The notes beneath the pieces are model-generated. The model saw only the letters and a program-made list of their open reading frames with translations. It was not told the DNA's origin and ran no database searches. A DNA stretch of 64,000 bases from positions 2,192,975 to 2,256,974 of the forward strand of contig JBGANV010000001.1 of the NCBI GenBank assembly GCA_044222185.1, in the 5' to 3' direction. How positions within the stretch are numbered: the stretch's first letter is position 1; every line of letters begins with the position of its first letter. Source of the DNA: Planctomycetota bacterium (GTDB lineage Bacteria; Planctomycetota; GCA-002687715; CAIWVZ01). Made by a program: the position numbers and the translations under genes. Below are positions 49,935 to 56,854 of the stretch, one piece after another.

Positions 49935-52895
49935 CTACTGCGCGATCACCGTCATCCCGCCCGTCATCGCGCCCACGGGTCCCGTCGAGTTGGCTACGAA
50001 TGCCTGCGCAAGCACCGCGAACCCATAGAGCTGGGGATCGAGGGGAATCGGAATGGGGAACGCAGCGATGCCAACTCCCCCGGCGCCACTTCGCGTCGTC
50101 GTCTCGACCACGATGTCGGGAGAGACGAGGAGCTGGCACGACCCCATCCCGTACGCACCGAGGTCGAGCGGAAGTGCGAGCCCCTGCCAGCTGGTGAAGG
50201 ACGCGCCCAGCAACAACGCCGCAGGTCGATTCGCCTCGGCGGCACCGATGACGAGACCGAACGCCGGGTTGCCCGTGAGCACGGATGGCTCGCCGCCGAT
50301 GGCGCGGAGCGTCGGCACGCGACCGTTGGAGGCAACGCACCCGGCGCCAAACGGCGGGGTCCCCACGCCGTTCCCGGCGGACGACAGGACTACGACCCGG
50401 CCCGCAGTCGGGCTCAGCGCGCCACTCAAACCCAGGACGATCCACGGTGCCCCCACGGCGAGTTCCGGGAAGCCGTCACGATCCAGGTCGCCGCAGGGCG
50501 CGAGCGTCAGGCCCAGATCGGAGAGGCCCACGGCGCCGTGGAATCCGCTGAGCGCGCTTCCATCCGCGCCGGAGAAGACGGTGACTCCAGGATTGACCAT
50601 CGTGTTCGTGATCGCGATCGTCCCGACGCCGACGTCGGTCACGCCGTCGCCGTTCCAGTCGCCGACGGCCGCGACCGCAGCACCGAAGCCTGCCGGGCCC
50701 GACAGCGTGCGGATCAGCGCGCCCGTCGCGATGGAGATGAGCGCAACGGTGCCGGGAGCGCTCGTGATGTACCCCGAGAGGCCGACGGCGAGGTCCGCGA
50801 GCCCGTCCCCGTCGACGTCGCCCACGTTGGCGAGCGGCACGCCGAGCGCCGCCCAAACTCCCTGGTTCGAGGCGCTGAGGGTGCGGATCAGGCCTCCGCT
50901 GATGGGCGATCGAACGTCGATCGTGGCCGACGTGCCGGGGGATGCGACGCCACCGCACACGGCGATGTCCTCCTTGGCGTCACCGTCCTGATCTCCGACG
51001 ACGGCGAGCGTCAGCGCTTGGGCCGATCCCGGGCCAGTCGTCACGGTGAACGGCGGCGACAAGACGGCGCCCGTGGACCCGGAACGGACCTCGACGAGGG
51101 CGGCACCTCCAGACGTCGCTGGAACGGAGCGGCTTCCGATCACGAGATCCTGGAGACCGTCGCCGTCGACGTCACCGATGGCCGCGAGCGTCGCACCGAA
51201 TCCGCCGCCCGCGTTCGAACCGACGACCGTGTAACGGGGCACCCGCGTCCCGCCGTCGAAGACGATGACCTCTCCAACCGGCCCTGCGGCCGTTCGGAAG
51301 TTCGGGGCGCCCGCGGCGAACTCCGGAATGCCGTCGCCGCTGACGTCGCCGATCGACACGACCGAGTGGCCCAGGTTCCCACCGACCTGTGTTCCGGTCA
51401 CTTCCGCGACGACGAGTCCGGTTGCGCCCGAGACGAGAGCCACGGCCCCGGCATCGGCGCGCTCGGAGGGGTTCGCGCCCGGGCTTCCCGCGAGAAGGTC
51501 CGGGATCCCATCGCCCGTGAGATCGCCCGCGCTCGCAAGCGAACGCGCGAACGCATCCTGGCCGCGGTTCGATGCGACGTCGAATCGGACGGCCGGCGCG
51601 GAGCCGCCACGAATGGCGACGAAACGCGGCTCGACGACGCCGCTCGCGATGCCGTATCCACCGACGGCGAAGTCGGCAACGCCGTCGCCGCTCAGATCAC
51701 CGGTTCCCAGCGCCACGACGCCCGCGACGCCGGCGCCCGGCACCTGGATCGTGCGGATCCGCGAGCTGGTCGCTCCCGAGTACACGTGAATGGATCCGGT
51801 GCCGGGCGCCGTCGCGATCCAGTCGGGAATCCCGTCACCGTTCTGGTCGCCCACTGCGGCGAGCCCGAAGCCTGCCTCGTCTCCGGGCGTCACGTTCGCA
51901 ATCGAGTTGAGCACGACGCCCGTGCGACCACTCAGGATGTCGATGACTTCGATGGAACCCGTGGGCGTCGACGTGGACCTTCGCCGCACGAACTCACGCG
52001 CGCCGTCGCCGTTCCGGTCGTCGATGACGGCGAAGGACGAATAAGAGAATGGAGCGTACACGCTGGTGGCCTGCGTCGAGTACAGGTTCGCGCCCGTGGC
52101 TCCCGAGATGGCGTCGATCCTGTGGTCGATCGCATAGAGGATGTCCGGGAACCCATCGCCGTCGAGGTCGCCGGGGCACTGCAGCGCCGACGTGAAATTC
52201 GATCCCGGCACGGTCTGCACCTGACGCAGAAGTCCTCCCGTGAAGCCCGATGCGAGAAAGGCGCGCGGCGTGATCGGCGCGGAGTAACCGGGCGTTCCAC
52301 CACCGCCGGACAGAGTGAAGTAGCGGCCCGGATCTGCGATCACGATGTCCAGGCGACCGTCGCCGTTCACGTCACCGATCGTGCGCACGACGGCGCCAAA
52401 CGCCGAGGTCGCGCCTGGGAACGCCAGAGTGAAGAGGACGGACCCGGTGGCGCTCGAGTGCATCGTGCAATGTCCGGCGACGGATCCGTTCGGGCGCGGG
52501 CTCCCGACGGCGATGTCAGGCTTGCCGTCGAAGTCGATGTCGGAGATGACGCTGACGGAGGCCCCGAAGCACGCACCGTTCAGATTCGCGGGCGGGAGGA
52601 TCGTCCGAATGAGCGCACCGGTCGCGCCCGATCGAAGCTGGACCTGGCTCACGCCCAGGATTGGAGTCGTCGCGAGGTCGGGGCAACCAAGAACGAGATC
52701 GGCCACACCGTCGCCATCGAGGTCGGAGATGACGGCCGCGTCGGCGCCCACGTTGGGCGTCAGCGCGACGGTGCGGACGAGGTCATGAACCACGGTGGCT
52801 TGGGAGCGACAGAGCGTCGACACGATGGCACACGCGAGCAGCGCGCCGACACGACGGCCGAACGACCGAGACACCGACGTTGGGGTTGGATTCAT
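49935..52895 (-). CDS. Large secreted FG-GAP repeat protein, tandem paralog of 46522..49485
   Basis: Collinear shared motifs (DGVADLVxGCP, GACFGASV, DPGRYFTLSG, LQCPGD, GDLTGDGIPDLL, NGRVP, LPLDLG) and the same C-terminal domain. Confidence 0.88.
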   Translation of the reverse strand: MNPTPTSVSRSFGRRVGALLACAIVSTLCRSQATVVHDLVRTVALTPNVGADAAVISDLDGDGVADLVLGCPDLATTPILGVSQVQLRSGATGALIRTILPPANLNGACFGASVSVISDIDFDGKPDIAVGSPRPNGSVAGHCTMHSSATGSVLFTLAFPGATSAFGAVVRTIGDVNGDGRLDIVIADPGRYFTLSGGGGTPGYSAPITPRAFLASGFTGGLLRQVQTVPGSNFTSALQCPGDLDGDGFPDILYAIDHRIDAISGATGANLYSTQATSVYAPFSYSSFAVIDDRNGDGAREFVRRRSTSTPTGSIEVIDILSGRTGVVLNSIANVTPGDEAGFGLAAVGDQNGDGIPDWIATAPGTGSIHVYSGATSSRIRTIQVPGAGVAGVVALGTGDLSGDGVADFAVGGYGIASGVVEPRFVAIRGGSAPAVRFDVASNRGQDAFARSLASAGDLTGDGIPDLLAGSPGANPSERADAGAVALVSGATGLVVAEVTGTQVGGNLGHSVVSIGDVSGDGIPEFAAGAPNFRTAAGPVGEVIVFDGGTRVPRYTVVGSNAGGGFGATLAAIGDVDGDGLQDLVIGSRSVPATSGGAALVEVRSGSTGAVLSPPFTVTTGPGSAQALTLAVVGDQDGDAKEDIAVCGGVASPGTSATIDVRSPISGGLIRTLSASNQGVWAALGVPLANVGDVDGDGLADLAVGLSGYITSAPGTVALISIATGALIRTLSGPAGFGAAVAAVGDWNGDGVTDVGVGTIAITNTMVNPGVTVFSGADGSALSGFHGAVGLSDLGLTLAPCGDLDRDGFPELAVGAPWIVLGLSGALSPTAGRVVVLSSAGNGVGTPPFGAGCVASNGRVPTLRAIGGEPSVLTGNPAFGLVIGAAEANRPAALLLGASFTSWQGLALPLDLGAYGMGSCQLLVSPDIVVETTTRSGAGGVGIAAFPIPIPLDPQLYGFAVLAQAFVANSTGPVGAMTGGMTVIAQ

Positions 52896-52908
52896 GGCGT
52901 GCCGGGTT

Positions 52909-52924
52909 TGCAACGCCCGTGCCG
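52909..52924 (-). promoter_or_regulatory. Candidate sigma54 (-24/-12) promoter
   Basis: Minus strand CGGCACG-GGCG-TTGCA immediately upstream of the FG-GAP ATG at 52895. Confidence 0.4.
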
Positions 52925-53151
52925 TGCCGTGTCGGCGGAGGACTCAACCATTGGGCCCGTGGCGAGTTCCGCACGGGCGGGTTGCCCGATCGCGTCGCCC
53001 TGCGGATCGCCAACGCGCAAGGCCCGAGTCGGCGGTGTGCGATCCAGCACGATCACGGACGCGGAGTCGCCTGCCGGCGCTACGCGAACGCACCGCGCGC
53101 GACGACGGTCACCACGAGAATCTTCCCGCCGCCTGGCGTACTTCGCGCGTC

Positions 53152-54705
53152 TCAGTTCGCGAGGACGACGGTCTGCGCATTCGAGATCGTCGCGATCCCG
53201 AGCGACGCTCCTGGCGAGAGCGTCACTCCGGCGAATGCGATCGACAGGCCGACGATCGAGGGGAGGTTGGGCACGTTGACGGTCGCGGTCGCACGGCCCT
53301 GATTCGACAGCAGCCCCTGGAACCCGGAGAAGACCCCGAGCCCGCCCGGCGTCGTCGAGATGGTGAACACCGGATCGACCACTCCGGGAGCGACCTCGAT
53401 CACCAACGGAATCACGCGCGCATCCGGAAGCGTCGTGCCCGGCGTCGCGGACGACGCCGCCGCGAGCACAAACCCAAGCGTCGCGTCGGCGGGAACGTCG
53501 AACATGAGGGTGAAGGTCGTCCCGATCCGTGGCAATCCCTGTCGCGCGAGCGTCGCCGTCGTGAGTGCGATGCCGAACCGTGAACCGGCGGCGTCGATCG
53601 CGACGACGTCGTGATCGAGGTCGGCGTCCGCATCCACCGCGAGCAGACGATCGGTGGCGAACCCCACGGGAATCACGACCTGCTGGGGTGCGAGCCCGGC
53701 GGGCGCACCGAGGAACACCTCGAACTGGTTCGCGCCACCCGTGCCGAGGACCAGATCCTGCGACCCGTCGCGATCGACGTCGATCACGGCGACGCTCTTG
53801 AGCGCACCGCCTGGCGTGCCGCTGTAGAGTCCGACCCCGGTCGGCGTGAACGTGCCGGCGCCGTCGCCGGAATAGAGCAGCATGGCGCTTGGACTGAACG
53901 TGGAACTGGCGAGGACGACCACGATGTCGGGGTTGGGATCGCCGTCGACGTATCCGACGCGGACGTCCTCGAACGCGGCTCCCGTCAGAGCGAGCGTCGC
54001 CGGCGCGGAGAACCCCCCGATGTGATCGTTGGCGTGAAGGAAGAGTCCCTGGCCATTTCGACCCACGAGGATGTCGAGCCAGCCGTCGCCGTCGAGGTCC
54101 GCCACCGCGATCTGGCCCGGGACGTTGATGGCATTGGCGGCGGTCCAAAGTACGGTCGTCGCGTAGCTGCCTGCCGGGCTCGCCATCGAGACACGCACGC
54201 TTCCTCCGGTCGGCGTCACGCTCGCGAGGGCGAGGTCGGGCCGACCATCCTGGTCGAAATCGGCGGTGACCATGCGCCGGACGGACACACCCACCGCAAT
54301 CGCCGTGGCCGCCGTCCAGACTCCCGGAGCGAGGGACACGAAGGGTTGGATCAGGCCGGTCGTCGCACCGACGAACACGTCGGGAATGGGATCGGCGTTG
54401 ACGTAGTCGATGGCGATGCAGGTGGCGGCGGGTGTCCCCGCGAGCACGACGTAGGGCACGAACCCGCCATTTCCGTTCCCGATCCGCAGATCCACGTTCC
54501 CCGACTGCGCGAGGAGGATCGCCACGTCGGCGATTCCGTCCTGGTTGAAATCCGCGCTTGCGACGTCGATCGGTTGACCTGCCGTTGCGCTCGTGCCGTT
54601 GACCGACAGGAGTGGTGACTGGGCCGACGCGTCGGCGTGTCCCAAGGCCAAGCTCAGAAGAACGACCAGCCCCCGCGCACCGCACACCGCAAGACTCCGG
54701 ATCAT
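53152..54705 (-). CDS. Secreted FG-GAP/VCBS repeat protein with related C-terminal domain
   Basis: Signal peptide (HADASAQ), about seven ADFNQDGIAD / ADLDGDGWLD type repeats, C-terminal PRIG...VPNLPSIVG...ISNAQTVVLAN. Confidence 0.85.
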   Translation of the reverse strand: MIRSLAVCGARGLVVLLSLALGHADASAQSPLLSVNGTSATAGQPIDVASADFNQDGIADVAILLAQSGNVDLRIGNGNGGFVPYVVLAGTPAATCIAIDYVNADPIPDVFVGATTGLIQPFVSLAPGVWTAATAIAVGVSVRRMVTADFDQDGRPDLALASVTPTGGSVRVSMASPAGSYATTVLWTAANAINVPGQIAVADLDGDGWLDILVGRNGQGLFLHANDHIGGFSAPATLALTGAAFEDVRVGYVDGDPNPDIVVVLASSTFSPSAMLLYSGDGAGTFTPTGVGLYSGTPGGALKSVAVIDVDRDGSQDLVLGTGGANQFEVFLGAPAGLAPQQVVIPVGFATDRLLAVDADADLDHDVVAIDAAGSRFGIALTTATLARQGLPRIGTTFTLMFDVPADATLGFVLAAASSATPGTTLPDARVIPLVIEVAPGVVDPVFTISTTPGGLGVFSGFQGLLSNQGRATATVNVPNLPSIVGLSIAFAGVTLSPGASLGIATISNAQTVVLAN

Positions 54706-54940
54706 GAAGCGCCTCCGTGCGCGAGTGTATCCGAGGCCGATGGCTCTGCCGGCGAGTCGGCCTCCGATCGGACATGCTCGGCCGCTCTGTCGGACAGGTC
54801 GCGCGGCGGCCGGTCGGCGGAGGCCGGCCGCGTTGATGCAAGCGGAGTGGTGGGGTGCGCGGCGGCGAACGACTTGCAGCTCGGTTGGAGCTGGACGCTG
54901 TGGGAGGCCCCGTGTGGAATGCAGCGCAGGAGTCGCGAGC

Positions 54941-54975
54941 AAAAAAAGAGAGGGATGCCTTTCGACATCCCTCTC
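54941..54975 (-). terminator. Rho-independent terminator
   Basis: Minus strand GAGAGGGATGTC-GAAA-GGCATCCCTCTC followed by TTTTTTT, downstream of the 158-aa gene. Confidence 0.88.
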
Positions 54976-55117
54976 ACCCCCATTCGTCGGCAGCGCGAGT
55001 GCTGCCGGCGTCTTGTCTGATCGCGATGCGCCGCCGTGAAGTTGGTTGGAAGCGGCGCCTGTGAAAGTCAGCCGGCACGCGGGGATGTGCCGGCCGAGCC
55101 GTCCTTGGAGCGAAGGT

Positions 55118-55594
55118 TCAGCGGATCGTTCCGACGAGCGCGCTGGTGAAGTTGTGCGTCGTTCGGGTCGCGTTCGTCACGTAGGCCTGGACGACGAACT
55201 GCACACCGAGGAGCGACGGGTCATTCGGGAAGGTGTATTGCATCACCACCGACTGTCCCGGGAAGAGCCCACCCGTCAGCGGGCCGCCCTCGGAGAAGAT
55301 CTGGAACGACCGGTTCTGGTTGATCAGCAGCGTGCCGCCGATCCCCGCCATGGTGTGGGGAACGTTGTCCCACGGCGCGTACTCCTGCCACACGGTGCAG
55401 AAGTAGCCTTCCACACCCACGGCTCCGGCCTGGATCTGGAAGATCGAGGTGGTCCCAAGCGAGAAGCTGTCGGTCGGCGTCAGGTCGACCAGCCGGCAGT
55501 TCTGGACTCCACCCATCTCCACGCTCTGGGCGACGGCGGGCAGGGTGACGAGGACGAGCAGGGCGGACACGACGATCAGGGGGTTGCGACGCAT
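55118..55594 (-). CDS. Small secreted protein made up of a signal peptide plus the conserved C-terminal domain only
   Basis: AAGGAG RBS, signal peptide ending AVA-Q, ends FPNDPSLLGVQFVVQAY...FTSALVGTIR, with its own terminator. Confidence 0.8.
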   Translation of the reverse strand: MRRNPLIVVSALLVLVTLPAVAQSVEMGGVQNCRLVDLTPTDSFSLGTTSIFQIQAGAVGVEGYFCTVWQEYAPWDNVPHTMAGIGGTLLINQNRSFQIFSEGGPLTGGLFPGQSVVMQYTFPNDPSLLGVQFVVQAYVTNATRTTHNFTSALVGTIR

Positions 55595-55807
55595 GGCTCT
55601 TCTCCTTGTTTCATCGAGGCGCTCGCGACATTCGCGGTCGTCTCACACGAACACCGTGTGGCGGAGAGGAGGTCCATTACCGGGCGGGAAAAAAAATCCG
55701 GGAGAGCGAGGATCGGCCGGTAGAACGCCCCCGGGGAACGGGCGCAACCTCGGGTCCAGGCGAGCCGGAGGTCTCGCCGGCCGGCCAGCCGCAGGCTGGC
55801 GCTCCGG

Positions 55808-56854
55808 TTACAGGCGGGCCGCCTGGTCGGGTCGGGACATGGCGATCAGGAACGGATCTTCGGCCTGAAGTGCGGCGAAATCCGCTTTCGACCGCATCCC
55901 CCGCCAGGATTCGCGGATCAGGACCTGCGCCGTGGCGCCCCCGAGGGTGTCCCCCGGCCCGAGCAGCACGAGGTGGTCCGGGGCGAACTCTCGAAGGGCC
56001 ACGCGCACGGCCGCCGAGTAGTCGAACGTCTCCACGATCTGGGTGCCGAGCGTGTAGTCGAAGATCGCGCCGCCGGAGGCGATCCGCGGACGCCAGATGA
56101 CCCCGCGACCGTCGATCAGGGGGACGGCGGGCGCACCCCACGGCAGGGACGACAGCTCGGCCTGGGCGCGCGTCGCCACGCTCTCGAGCAACGGCGAATG
56201 GAACGCCGCGTGCCCCTGGAGCTGGAACGGGTACTCGCGCTCGCCCAGTTTCACCTTGGGGAGGCGCGCCAGGAGGAACCGCACGCCCTCGGCGTCGCCC
56301 CACAGCACGGCGAGTCCCCCGAGCCGGATCGACCAGCCCGCGCGATGCCCCGCCGCGTTCGCGGCGGCGAGGGTCGACTCCACGTCGGTGAGGCGCGCGG
56401 CATCGTGGCGCCAGTCGCCATCGACGATGGGGTGAATGACCTGCCCGCCGATGGGCCCCCCGCGCTGCATGCCCCCCATGGTGTCCGCGATCCGGAACCC
56501 CGCCTCGAAGTCGAACACGCCACCCACGTGGAGCGCCGTGTACCAGCCCATGCTGTTGCCGATCACGGCGACGACGTCGACCTTCGAGCGGTCGAGCCTC
56601 GCGGCGTCGGCGGCCGTGCACGTGAAGATCAACGCGCCCGCGTTCTCGCCGATCATGTGGCGCGCGCCGAATTGCGGGGCGTCGTCCAGCTCGCGCAGCG
56701 AGACGTCGCCGTTCTGGCTGCGCACGCCGTCGGCATACGCCACCATCTCGTCGATGCGACGCATCACGTCGGCGGATGCGGGCCGCCGGAGATATCCCAG
56801 CTCGGTCTTCGTGTAGGTGCCGCGGCCGGGGCATATGAGGACGACTCGTTTCAC
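55808..56854 (-). CDS. FabD-like acyltransferase (ACP S-malonyltransferase family, divergent)
   Basis: ICPGRGTY (instead of FPGQG), nucleophile motif GNSMGWY, HAAFHSPLL, LGPG. GTGA overlap with the E1 gene. Confidence 0.8.
   Translation of the reverse strand: MKRVVLICPGRGTYTKTELGYLRRPASADVMRRIDEMVAYADGVRSQNGDVSLRELDDAPQFGARHMIGENAGALIFTCTAADAARLDRSKVDVVAVIGNSMGWYTALHVGGVFDFEAGFRIADTMGGMQRGGPIGGQVIHPIVDGDWRHDAARLTDVESTLAAANAAGHRAGWSIRLGGLAVLWGDAEGVRFLLARLPKVKLGEREYPFQLQGHAAFHSPLLESVATRAQAELSSLPWGAPAVPLIDGRGVIWRPRIASGGAIFDYTLGTQIVETFDYSAAVRVALREFAPDHLVLLGPGDTLGGATAQVLIRESWRGMRSKADFAALQAEDPFLIAMSRPDQAARL

Noticed and set aside
49419-53279. 1286-aa plus-strand ORF and many other long antisense ORFs (e.g. 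29684-31663, 42700-44940, 57169-59286, 61811-63436)
   Set aside because: These are antisense shadows of real genes, expected at high GC where stop codons are rare. They show no motifs.
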